From positions 277,731 to 341,730 of the forward strand of contig CAZERI010000002.1 of assembly GCA_964515545.1 (NCBI GenBank): a stretch of 64,000 nt of DNA. The letters are read 5' to 3'. Position 1 is the first letter of the stretch. Each line of letters opens with the position of its first letter. Below the pieces are notes generated by a model that saw nothing but the letters and a program-made list of their open reading frames with translations, did no database searches and had not been told where the DNA came from. The stretch comes from an uncultured Gammaproteobacteria bacterium (GTDB lineage: Bacteria > Patescibacteriota > Microgenomatia > Levybacterales > UBA12049). Positions 47,596 through 56,650 of the stretch are shown here, piece after piece. The position numbers and the translations under genes are program-made.

Positions 47596-48720
47596 TTAGA
47601 GAGCAGGTGCAAATCCAGGAGACCTTCCGGATTTTAGTCTTAGCACGGCACCGAAGAAAAGCATTAAGAGATTTCCGATAATTGCAAAGAGGATCCATGG
47701 ATTACCAGTTGCAGGAAGAATTGGCCCTGTTGTGGCAGCAAGGACTCCAGGTCCGCCACTACTAGATCCACCGCCTCCACCATTACTTGGCGGGTTAGTT
47801 GGAGGAGTTACAGGCCCACAATCATGAGTGCAAGGTGGGGGAGGAGGTGGAGGAGTATGACATCCACAATCTACACTAACAGTATTAGTATTTGCGATAG
47901 TCTGAATATCAAGCGCAAGGTTAATATCTCCGCTCTCAATACTTACATTACCCTGATTATCATTTGCTGTATTGTTGCCAGTAATTAAATTCCAGATATT
48001 TAGATTAAGAATATCTGCTACGTTACTGACGTTAACAATGTTATTTTGATTTTGAGTCAGTGTAATAGTATTAATACTTCCCTTACCATTACCTGATATA
48101 TCAATACTAAATCCTCCAGTACTGCCGGTTGCCAAATGAACATTATTAGAATTAGTAACGGTCTTTATGGTTTCTTTGACAGTAATATTGCCTGACTTGA
48201 TACTAACATCACCTGAATTATTATTAGCTTTGTTATTACCTGTACTGACATTTCCGTTAGTAATAGTTACTATATGGGCAGTATTAGTACTATTTACTGT
48301 ATTTGTTGTTGTTGAGGTGTAGTTAACACTATTATTTGAATTCTGTCCATTATTAGAAATAGACGCCTGACTGTCTGTAGTACAATTACAGCCATTTAAA
48401 TCAGCCGAATTATGATTGGTATCAGTTGTAACATTGATTGTGTCAGAAGCATTGCCTGAGGATACTGATGCGTCTCCTGAATTATTACTTGCAGAGTTAT
48501 TCCCTGTATTCGAATTATTTGTCGTATTATTATTTACATTAGCATCATTAGACTGCTGTGATGTCGATTGGTTCTGAGACATTACAGTAACAGTATTTGC
48601 TGAACCTTGGCCATTGCCTGTAATACTCAGATCTTCAGCATGAGCTTTGACTGTAAAGGCTGATACAGGCAGAACAACAGCCGTTATGAGTGAACTAATA
48701 ATTACTCTTTTTTGTATCAT
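47596..48720 (-). CDS. Repeat surface protein, paralog 3, with C-terminal LPATG sortase sorting signal
   Basis: Signal peptide. Repeat modules ISGNG.GS.NT...NNTANDNQGNVSIESGD and CxC motifs (NGCNCTT, CGCHTPPPPPPPCTHDCG). C-terminal LPATG, then a hydrophobic stretch, then the RLKSGRS tail. Confidence 0.8.
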   Translation of the reverse strand: MIQKRVIISSLITAVVLPVSAFTVKAHAEDLSITGNGQGSANTVTVMSQNQSTSQQSNDANVNNNTTNNSNTGNNSASNNSGDASVSSGNASDTINVTTDTNHNSADLNGCNCTTDSQASISNNGQNSNNSVNYTSTTTNTVNSTNTAHIVTITNGNVSTGNNKANNNSGDVSIKSGNITVKETIKTVTNSNNVHLATGSTGGFSIDISGNGKGSINTITLTQNQNNIVNVSNVADILNLNIWNLITGNNTANDNQGNVSIESGDINLALDIQTIANTNTVSVDCGCHTPPPPPPPCTHDCGPVTPPTNPPSNGGGGGSSSGGPGVLAATTGPILPATGNPWILFAIIGNLLMLFFGAVLRLKSGRSPGFAPAL

Positions 48721-48771
48721 AATAGATTACCTATTTCTGAGCAGAAAATTATGGCGGGCAGGGGAACTAAT

Positions 48772-50946
48772 TTAGACAGTTATATTTCTCTTAAGAAATC
48801 TTCTTCCTAGTGCTGCTACTCCTAAAAGAGGAAGTAAAACAACCATCCAGGCAAGATTAATACTTATTTCATGGATATTATTAGTAAGAGCGTTTTTAAG
48901 CTGTGAATTTTTAGCAATATTACTTGCTCCGGCAACTAATACATTGCCACCCTGACCTTGATTAGAAGAGAGCTGCGTATTACCACCTTGGTATGAAGTA
49001 GTCTTACTGCTAGCGCCCATAACTGCAGTCTGAGTTGTTTGATTCGAGTTAGTATTTGCCGAATTATTATTTGAGCTATTAGCTGAGTTACTGCTTGGCT
49101 GCTGACTATTATTTCCTGACTGAGTTGTAGCTTGTTTAGTCTGGCCAGGTGCTATGAAGTCACCAAACCATGATCCGAAGACATTAACAACAGTTACTAC
49201 TAGCTTACCATTACCAGAGATATTGTTATTAACAAAATTGATAAGGTTGGCAATGATTGTTGCATCTCCGCTTTTGACAGTATTGTCACCGCCCAAGTTG
49301 TCATGAGATCTATTGTCTCCGGTATTTGCTGAAAGGTTAAGGTTGTTATTAATAGTAGCGTTATTAGATTGAGTTGTAGTATTAGTATTATTTGTTGTAC
49401 TTGATGCGTTATTAGTAGAACCCTCTCCATTACCATTGTTAGATGCAGTGATGGAGCCATCATCGTTAACTATAAATTCAGTTCCATCAGATCCAGCCAT
49501 ATTCCCATCAGCTCCTAAGAGCTTACCTACCCATTTACCAGCCTGATTAACGATAACAAGCCACATTGTCTGTCCATCAATATTAGAATTAGCTACATTA
49601 AGAACATTTGCAGTTACTTTTGTATCGCCTGAGGAGACGTTAGCTCCTCCGCCGTTATCACTTGCATAGTTATCCCCAGTTGAAGCATTAAGGTTAAGAT
49701 TATTATTAATGTTCGCGTTATTTGATTGATTAGTCGTGTCAGTATTATTAGTTGTGTTGGAAGCAGTATTCGTCGAATTTGCTCCGTTGTTGGCATTCAT
49801 AGTTGCACTAGGATTAGCTACTTCTTCCTCAGGTAAGATGATATCTCCATGTAATTCCCCATAGATATTGACTACGTTATACTGAACTTTGCCTCCCTCA
49901 ATATTATTATTTGCAAGAGTAAGTGCATTAGCTGAGACATTGGCATCACCTGACTCAACACTCGTATCCCCATCGATATTGTCATGTGCTCTGTTGTGGC
50001 CGGAATCAGCAACTAAGTTCATATCTGTTCCGATAGTTGCGTCATTATTCTGGAATGTATTATCAGTATTGTTAGTAGTACTATTTGCAGTATTTGTTGA
50101 ATCCTCACCATTGCCCTTATTGATGACTACATTCGGAGCAGTTGAGCCACAGCCTGAGATACAATGAGACGCAGAGTTAAGAATGAGGTCGCCATTCTGA
50201 ACATCATTAACATTGAACTCTGATACTGCAACGTTATCAAGATTTGAGTTAACTCCAGTTATCGCTGTGCCTGAGACATTCGCATCACCTGATTTAACAG
50301 TAACGTCTCCGCCTATATTGTCATTAGCCCGATTACTGCCAGTCACTGCAGACTGATTAAGAGTAGTATTTACATTAGCGCTGTTGTTCTGGTTAGTATT
50401 AGTAGTGTTATTTGTCGTTGATGAACCTGTATTTGTTGAGCCCTCACCATTTCCTGAGTTAACTACAGCACCTGATGGCGTATCTCCTATTGTCGCACCA
50501 CTGACAGTCTGTGGGGAGGTTGTTGTCGACTGCCCAGATGGTAAAGTAGGGGTTGGCTTAGGAGCACTTATTTTATTTTTCTTTGGCTGAGGAGTTGGAG
50601 TTGGTTGAGCCTCATCTGAAGTGTTCGTTGATGAGCTGCCAGAATTAGTTGATGGAGTATCTGTTGTAGCCTGCACCCCTGCATCAGAAGATGGGGTAGG
50701 GGTAGGAGTGACAGACACAATAGGTGCTGGCGTGATAGGCGCAATTGGCGTTATAGGTTGGTTATCCGGTGAGATAGGAGTTATAGGTGTTACTGGCGAT
50801 ATAGGACTTGACTGCTCCTGACTTTGGGTTGGAGTAGGAGTAGGTACGTCTTCTGCAAAGGCAAATGATACATTGCCGAAGAGCATTAACCCTACGACGT
50901 AAATTGCTACGATTTTTTGCATTTTTTCTTTAAATGTTTGTTTCAT
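48772..50946 (-). CDS. Repeat surface protein, paralog 4 (724 aa) with P/T-rich linker and at least 5 repeat modules
   Basis: Signal peptide. A 100-aa PT-rich spacer is followed by modules GNGEGSTN...TG.N.A.DN.GGD..V.SGDA with HCISGCGS between modules. C-terminal hydrophobic segment plus RRFLKR tail, without a canonical LPxTG. Confidence 0.75.
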   Translation of the reverse strand: MKQTFKEKMQKIVAIYVVGLMLFGNVSFAFAEDVPTPTPTQSQEQSSPISPVTPITPISPDNQPITPIAPITPAPIVSVTPTPTPSSDAGVQATTDTPSTNSGSSSTNTSDEAQPTPTPQPKKNKISAPKPTPTLPSGQSTTTSPQTVSGATIGDTPSGAVVNSGNGEGSTNTGSSTTNNTTNTNQNNSANVNTTLNQSAVTGSNRANDNIGGDVTVKSGDANVSGTAITGVNSNLDNVAVSEFNVNDVQNGDLILNSASHCISGCGSTAPNVVINKGNGEDSTNTANSTTNNTDNTFQNNDATIGTDMNLVADSGHNRAHDNIDGDTSVESGDANVSANALTLANNNIEGGKVQYNVVNIYGELHGDIILPEEEVANPSATMNANNGANSTNTASNTTNNTDTTNQSNNANINNNLNLNASTGDNYASDNGGGANVSSGDTKVTANVLNVANSNIDGQTMWLVIVNQAGKWVGKLLGADGNMAGSDGTEFIVNDDGSITASNNGNGEGSTNNASSTTNNTNTTTQSNNATINNNLNLSANTGDNRSHDNLGGDNTVKSGDATIIANLINFVNNNISGNGKLVVTVVNVFGSWFGDFIAPGQTKQATTQSGNNSQQPSSNSANSSNNNSANTNSNQTTQTAVMGASSKTTSYQGGNTQLSSNQGQGGNVLVAGASNIAKNSQLKNALTNNIHEISINLAWMVVLLPLLGVAALGRRFLKRNITV

Positions 50947-51001
50947 ATTGTTATTAGTTAATTGTTATTAGTAATTAGTTTTATTTTTATATCTTATGTG
51001 T

Positions 51002-51036
51002 ATGAGGTGTCTCGGAAGTGTTCGAGAACACCTCAT
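51002..51036 (-). terminator. Extended hairpin 13 nt downstream of the paralog 5 stop (probable terminator or processing site)
   Basis: atgaggtgt...acacctcat 9-bp stem with an inner ctcg...cgag stem. AT-rich tract follows on the minus strand. Confidence 0.35.
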
Positions 51037-51048
51037 ACAGCGATAAGA

Positions 51049-52290
51049 TTAAACAGTCATCCAAGCCATCCAAGAAGCCCAAAATTGATTCCAGTTGAAA
51101 TCAAAGTGAACTTGATTGTTACCAGGCATAGGAAGAGTGAGACCAGTTCCAACAGTATTAGTGTTACCACTAGTACCTACGTTAACGTCAGTAGATGCAT
51201 CACCAGAGGTGACGTGTGGATCAGAAAGATCTGAACCTCCATTGTCGTTAGCTTTGTTGTGACCAGTTTCTTTGTTCACATTTGTATTGTTGTTAGCATT
51301 CAAGACTGAAGTCTGGAATGTACCTGCATCGTTGCAAAGAGTTGCACCGATTGTGTTTTCAGAATCTCTCAAGTTATGAGCGATCTTAGCAGTAAGAGCC
51401 ATATTGCAGCATGCATCAAGTGACGCAGCGTTAAAGTTGGCCATTGTGTCAACGTTTACATCTGTGTTTGCTTTTCCAGATTTGACATAAACTTCGCCTC
51501 CGAGATTATCGTTAGCTCTGTTGAAGCCTGTATCTGAATTAACATTGGTGTTGTTATTAACATTTGCTACATTTGTTTGAGCAACTTCTGCACTGTTTCT
51601 AAGAGCAAGAGCGATAGAATTTACACTACCACGTCCATTCCCAAGAATTTGTGCACTTACACCATTGTTAGCACCGGCACTACCACCACCGACATTAGCG
51701 ACGTTAGAGTTAACTGCTGTTCCAAGTGTGACTGAAGTATCAACCATACCTGATTCAACACGAACATCCCCATCACCAAGATTGTCGTTAGCTTTGTTGT
51801 GGCCAGTGTTTGAATTAACGGTAGTGTTGTTATTAACATTAGCTACGTTCGTTTGAGTGACACCTGTTGAATTAGATTGTTGTAATCCAACTGTGTTTTC
51901 ACTGTTACGTCCGTTTCCACTGATGAGAACATCAGTACTACCATTGCAGCTTCCGCAGTTAGCAACGTTTGCAACGTTTGAGTTGGCATTGTTATTAACA
52001 GTGACATCTGTAGTTGCTGCGCCAGACTTAACATTTACATCTCCGCCAATGTTGTCATTAGCTTTGTTGTGACCAGTGTCAGAATTGACAGTGGTGTTGT
52101 TGTTAATATTAGCGACGTTGGTCTGAGTTACAGTAGTTGAATTATGAGTTGCAACTGCTGCTTCATTTACTGAATCTCTACCGTTTCCGGAGATTTCAAT
52201 TGTTGATGCTGCGAATGCTGGAGCTACTGAACCTACTAAGACTGTACCGGTTGCGATAGCTGTTGCGATTCTAAGTTTTAAATTTGTCAT
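51049..52290 (-). CDS. Repeat surface protein, paralog 5 (four ~90-aa modules)
   Basis: Signal peptide MTNLKLRIATAIATGTVLVGSVAPAFAAST is near-identical to that of paralog 1. The module ISGNGR.S.N...TQTNVANVNNNT.VNS.TG.NKANDN.GG.V.VKSG.A.TDV appears four times with CGSC and ACC between modules. GGGGGTGA RBS before the ATG at 52290. Confidence 0.75.
   Translation of the reverse strand: MTNLKLRIATAIATGTVLVGSVAPAFAASTIEISGNGRDSVNEAAVATHNSTTVTQTNVANINNNTTVNSDTGHNKANDNIGGDVNVKSGAATTDVTVNNNANSNVANVANCGSCNGSTDVLISGNGRNSENTVGLQQSNSTGVTQTNVANVNNNTTVNSNTGHNKANDNLGDGDVRVESGMVDTSVTLGTAVNSNVANVGGGSAGANNGVSAQILGNGRGSVNSIALALRNSAEVAQTNVANVNNNTNVNSDTGFNRANDNLGGEVYVKSGKANTDVNVDTMANFNAASLDACCNMALTAKIAHNLRDSENTIGATLCNDAGTFQTSVLNANNNTNVNKETGHNKANDNGGSDLSDPHVTSGDASTDVNVGTSGNTNTVGTGLTLPMPGNNQVHFDFNWNQFWASWMAWMTV
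51238..52135. repeat. Intragenic tandem DNA repeats (four copies of about 270 bp, roughly 80% identical) inside paralog 5. Similar repeats occur in 48.9-50.5 kb inside paralog 4.
   Basis: The repeated core ttgtcgttagctttgttgtg(g/a)ccagt...gttgttattaacattagc(t/g)acgtt is seen near 51250, 51500, 51780 and 52050. Confidence 0.6.
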
Positions 52291-52391
52291 AATATACTCA
52301 CCCCCTCTCTTGACGATGATTCCCAAACTTTTTTAAAGTAAGGGACACTTCACCCCGCTTACTTTGCTAGATGCCTGAGGCCCTAACAAAA

Positions 52392-52444
52392 AAAACGGAA
52401 GCCCCACTAACTTTCATTCAAAAAGTTAGTAAGGTTTCCGTTTT
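52392..52444 (-). terminator. Long bipartite hairpin (outer 9-bp stem aaaacggaa/ttccgtttt, inner 8-bp stem actaactt/aagttagt) followed on the minus strand by a U8 tract. Terminator for the upstream minus-strand gene, insulating it from the repeat locus.
   Basis: Inverted repeats and a T/A run (forward aacaaaaaaaa at 52386-52396). Confidence 0.5.
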
Positions 52445-52658
52445 AGCTAGTTTTGTCAATCTAATAGTTATCATTTTATTTTTAAAAAGTACCTGTTAGC
52501 GCTTCAATATTCTGTAATATCTCTTACAATCTTCACCTCTTACCTGATTCCAACAAAAAAGCACCACACATAATTGTGAGGTGCCTCCGATAACGGTCAG
52601 CGATCCTTTAAAAAATTCGCTTAATTTTCTATAAATATAACCCTGTTAAAAAACCTTG

Positions 52659-52850
52659 TCAAGACCCAATTTTCACAGTCTTATTTTTTGCTACAGATGA
52701 TGCTGTTTTTCTAATATTTCTTTCTGTAATCTGAACAACTTTACTATCTTGGACATATATCTCAATGCTGCCCCATCCACGGATATTGGTTAGTGCTTCC
52801 ACTATTTCTGCAATTAGTTCTTTACTGACATTTCTTGTTGAATAGTCCAT
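52659..52850 (-). CDS. Small DUF2292/YezD-like protein
   Basis: 63 aa. The GWGSIEIYVQDSKVVQITE core resembles the YezD family. Confidence 0.3.
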   Translation of the reverse strand: MDYSTRNVSKELIAEIVEALTNIRGWGSIEIYVQDSKVVQITERNIRKTASSVAKNKTVKIGS

Positions 52851-52880
52851 TTTAGAAAGTATTATAAAGGTCCTACTTCT

Positions 52881-53489
52881 TTAAAGAGAGATCTTGATAT
52901 CTTCTTTTTTACCTTGTATTTCTCCTACTTGTAAGGTGAATTTTTTCTGATCAGAATCAATAGGAAAACCAATTCTCGTATACTTGGTAGAGATTGCTTG
53001 TACTTCAACCGGATCGTTATGAATATCTGCTGCCAATTTTTCTGATGAGCCGTTAAGTATTAAGCGGACATAGTCTCGTGCATTAATCTGAACTGCTTTT
53101 GTATAGTTATTAGTGAGCTTTAAATTAAGGATAGCGAATGTTCTTCCTTTCACTGCGGTTGCTGTCTCACCTTTAACAATAATCTGATCTCTCAGTTCGA
53201 TATTCTGGATCTCGTATGAGATAGTGCTTACTTCTTTACCTGTATCATCTTTAAGAGGGAATTTAAAGGTCTTATTAAGAGTCTGAGTAGCTCGTGGCTT
53301 TTGCACACTGACTTGCTCTGCTGATGCGGATCCGCCAGTTATTCCTGATGAGGTGCTATTTTTACGAAGAGAAAGAAGTCCTAATACCAGTACAATAAAA
53401 ATAATAACTGCAACGGGAATATAAAGATTTTTTTTAATTTTACTGAAGTCAAATTTTTGACGGCGGATTGGTGTAAAGTTAGTATCCAT
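52881..53489 (-). CDS. Hypothetical membrane-anchored extracytoplasmic protein
   Basis: N-terminal TM (YIPVAVIIFIVLVLGLLSL) followed by a beta-rich domain. Confidence 0.4.
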   Translation of the reverse strand: MDTNFTPIRRQKFDFSKIKKNLYIPVAVIIFIVLVLGLLSLRKNSTSSGITGGSASAEQVSVQKPRATQTLNKTFKFPLKDDTGKEVSTISYEIQNIELRDQIIVKGETATAVKGRTFAILNLKLTNNYTKAVQINARDYVRLILNGSSEKLAADIHNDPVEVQAISTKYTRIGFPIDSDQKKFTLQVGEIQGKKEDIKISL

Positions 53490-53578
53490 TTTGATAAAAA
53501 AAGCTCTGACTTTGGCAGAGCAGTTGTTGGGATCTTACCAAGTGATACAAACAATGTCAAGTAGGTACTTTAATAAAA

Positions 53579-53935
53579 TTACTTGGTTTTTTTGCGAGGA
53601 TGCTTGAACTGGAAACGATCAGGGTAGGTGAGTCCTTGAATGGCACTTCCCATTGACGCACCTGTGGCAAGCTTAAAGGTAGTCACGTGCATAATGTTAT
53701 CGTAAAGAACTAAAATCCCAATTATTACGATCGGAAGATAGACCCAGTGATGAAGAAGAATAATAGAATCCTTTGTATGGAAACCAAAGCGGGGAAGGAC
53801 TTCTAACCGCCATACCCTAATAGCTGGTAATCTGTTAGGACGTTTCTCTCCATTTTTCACTATTGGCGTAGTGAAGTATTTTGAGGCATAAAACCCAACT
53901 AAAAATGTAATGGCAAAAAGGAAAAAAGTTTGCAT
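53579..53935 (-). CDS. Hypothetical small membrane protein
   Basis: 118-aa ORF with 2-3 TM helices. No recognisable motif. Confidence 0.35.
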   Translation of the reverse strand: MQTFFLFAITFLVGFYASKYFTTPIVKNGEKRPNRLPAIRVWRLEVLPRFGFHTKDSIILLHHWVYLPIVIIGILVLYDNIMHVTTFKLATGASMGSAIQGLTYPDRFQFKHPRKKTK

Positions 53936-54015
53936 ACAATGCTATAACAGTCTTCTTACAACTCTATTACAAATCCATCGTAAAAGATCCCACAAAAATT
54001 GTCAAGATCTGGAGT

Positions 54016-54735
54016 CTAACGCACAATTTCCTGCTTAAGTGGAACAGGTTTTCGAAGTAAAGCAGTATAGACATACCCCCTTGTATACTGCACCAATGTC
54101 CTGAGACCATTTTTCTCCCAGCGTCGCATTGAAGGAGCAACTTTCATTTTTTTCACCAGGACAATTTTTCCGTATTTCTTAAGACGTAAACCAAGTTCCA
54201 CATCTGAACTCATCTCATAAGATGTATTCATACCTCCGATTTTATGATATGTCTCTCTCCGAACTGCAAAATTAAAACCTACCAAATGAGGAATACCTAC
54301 CCAAAAATTAATCTGTAAAAAAATCATATATAAAAAATTATTAAGTCTAGTGAAAGGACTCTTCTCTGCTATTCCTATGGATCCTGTGGCCCCGACTATA
54401 TGTGAATCACTAAAGGTCTTTTGTATTACCTCCAGCCAGTCAGGAGCAACTACTGTATCAGCATCCACCCCAGCGATAACGTCTCCACGTGCTGCATCTA
54501 ATCCGCCTTTCATTGCATAGACATTCCCTTGTTGTCTTACAGGGACAACCCTTGCTCCATATGATTTAGCTATTTCAGAAGTTTTATCAGTTGAGTTGTT
54601 ATCAGCCACAATAATCTCAAATGGGGTAAAAGATTGCGCTTTAAGGCTTTCTAATGCTGCAGGCAAATACTTTTCCTCATTAAATGCAGGAATAACTACA
54701 GAAATGGTAACTGGACTTTTATCAGTAGACTGCAT
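54016..54735 (-). CDS. Glycosyltransferase family 2
   Basis: VVIPAFNEEKYL, DxD (GVDADT) and GT-A fold motifs. Confidence 0.75.
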   Translation of the reverse strand: MQSTDKSPVTISVVIPAFNEEKYLPAALESLKAQSFTPFEIIVADNNSTDKTSEIAKSYGARVVPVRQQGNVYAMKGGLDAARGDVIAGVDADTVVAPDWLEVIQKTFSDSHIVGATGSIGIAEKSPFTRLNNFLYMIFLQINFWVGIPHLVGFNFAVRRETYHKIGGMNTSYEMSSDVELGLRLKKYGKIVLVKKMKVAPSMRRWEKNGLRTLVQYTRGYVYTALLRKPVPLKQEIVR

Positions 54736-54737
54736 AA

Positions 54738-55976
54738 TTATTCAAAAATTCTATCAAGTATCTCAGTTGTTTTATAAAGTCGTCTAAATGCTGAGGTATT
54801 AAGCCCTTTAAGAGAAATCCTGCGAGGTTTTTTATTAATGAGAGCTTCCTGGTAAAGATAAATCATATCTTCGGCTACATGCTTTGGATCAAAATTTTCT
54901 TTTACAAGCTCTTTTGATCTTTTCCCAAAGGTTTCCCTTTTTTCTTTATCTTCAAGAAGTTCAATTACTTTTTGTGCAAAGAGGGAAGTACTCTCAGAGA
55001 CCATAAAGCCATTCTCATTATCTATAACCATGCCTTTATATGCTCCGTCTTTCACCACCACAAAAGGAAGCCCTGAAGCAGCTGCTTCGAGAAGAACTAT
55101 TCCTTGCGTCTCCGTTCGAGAAGTAAAAAGGAAGATCTCTGCATCAGCGTAGGCTAGGGCGATCTTCTTCTGTTCTATTTTACCTGGAAAATGGACTCGT
55201 CCTCCCAACTCAAGACTTCTTGAGTATTCTTTAATATTATCTGCTTCATCTCCATCTCCTACGATAACTAAATGGGAAAGAGATTCCTTTTCGGTAATTT
55301 TTTTAAAGGCATCAAGTAAGAATAAAAAGTTCTTCTCAATTCCCATTCTTCCAACACTCAAAAGGATTGGTACATTCTTCGGAATACTGCAAAGTTCATG
55401 GAGATATCCTTTTTCGGTATGACTAAATCTATCAGGATAGATAAAATTTGGCACCACAGCTATCGGCTTCTTGACGCCGTATGACACGAGCTCTTTTTTC
55501 ATTTTATAAGAAGGAGTAATAACAGTGTCACAAATATTGGCAGAAATTCGGAGACCTTTAGCAGCCATACTAGGGGTAATTACTTTCCCATTTAAAAGAT
55601 AATGGACGTAGCGTGTCATTTCTGTATGGAATGTCATAAAGAAAGGAACTCCTTTTACTTTTGCTAATTGATAGCCTAGAAGAGAAAAAAATCCATTTCC
55701 ATGAGCATGAATCACATCAAAATCCCGTGGCTGAATCTGTGTGAGATAGTGATGGGGGAGAAGGAATGGTACATGTACTCCAGGATCCGTTGAAAAAAAT
55801 CTTAAAGACTTGAGACGATAAACGTCTTTTTCTGTATCAGTATATCCTTCGATTTTAGGAGCAAAAATATAAACTGTATGCCCAAGAGAACGCATCTCTT
55901 TAGCAAAATTTTCAACAGAGACAGTAACTCCGTTAAGCATCGGATAGTAGCTATCCGTAAAAAAAGCTATTTTCAT
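54738..55976 (-). CDS. Glycosyltransferase family 4 (GT-B, group 1)
   Basis: C-terminal E-x7-E-like region (FLFTSRTETQGIVLLEAAASGLPFV). Separated from the preceding GT2 gene by 2 nt. Confidence 0.75.
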   Translation of the reverse strand: MKIAFFTDSYYPMLNGVTVSVENFAKEMRSLGHTVYIFAPKIEGYTDTEKDVYRLKSLRFFSTDPGVHVPFLLPHHYLTQIQPRDFDVIHAHGNGFFSLLGYQLAKVKGVPFFMTFHTEMTRYVHYLLNGKVITPSMAAKGLRISANICDTVITPSYKMKKELVSYGVKKPIAVVPNFIYPDRFSHTEKGYLHELCSIPKNVPILLSVGRMGIEKNFLFLLDAFKKITEKESLSHLVIVGDGDEADNIKEYSRSLELGGRVHFPGKIEQKKIALAYADAEIFLFTSRTETQGIVLLEAAASGLPFVVVKDGAYKGMVIDNENGFMVSESTSLFAQKVIELLEDKEKRETFGKRSKELVKENFDPKHVAEDMIYLYQEALINKKPRRISLKGLNTSAFRRLYKTTEILDRIFE

Positions 55977-56069
55977 AAAATAAACTCAATAAAGATGGGC
56001 TCTTTTGTATTGTAAACAAAACATAGCCTAGATTCAAATTAATCCAGAAAGACAATCTTTGGAAGAAGC

Positions 56070-56432
56070 CTAAGCAGAAGACGAAATAATATCAGCATCG
56101 ATAATCACTTCATCATGAATATATTTCTCAAGAATACTCAGATTTTTCTTATTGGCTTTATAAAAAGCATCTCCTATAAATCCTAGAAAAGGAATAAGGC
56201 CCAATATAAAGTCAAAAACCACATACATTATCATCAGACTAATTTCTTTTTCAGTAACGTTCACCTTTTTAGCAATCCAGATGATATAAAAAGACAGTAT
56301 TAAGCCGAAGAGACTTCCAATACCCGGAATAATATCCAAAAAAGGATCAACACCTATTGAAAAACGCCCGATTCTGAACTGTTCATCTAAGACGTGAGCG
56401 AGAAACTTAGCAAAAGAAAAATGATTCTTCAT
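56070..56432 (-). CDS. DUF4112-like small membrane protein
   Basis: RFSIGVDPFLDIIPGIGSLFGLILSFYIIWIA pattern. Confidence 0.4.
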   Translation of the reverse strand: MKNHFSFAKFLAHVLDEQFRIGRFSIGVDPFLDIIPGIGSLFGLILSFYIIWIAKKVNVTEKEISLMIMYVVFDFILGLIPFLGFIGDAFYKANKKNLSILEKYIHDEVIIDADIISSSA

Positions 56433-56650
56433 AGATAAATTCTAGCATCTCCAAATCCTTATTCAAGCTGATCAATAGATTGCTAAATCAACCTAAACTT
56501 CATTTTCTTACTTGCTTATTACTTTTTCCTCACATATACTGGATAGATGATACCTTTTATGGTAGCGTTGGTATTTGTTCTCCTTGTGAGAACCTTCGTA
56601 GAAGTTAAATAAATATCTATCCTGCCCACACATTTCATTTAAAAGTGTAA

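Noticed and set aside
49200-52072. Numerous short ORFs on both strands inside the repeat-protein genes
   Set aside because: Products of low-complexity repetitive DNA. They are nested in long ORFs that have signal peptides and RBSs.
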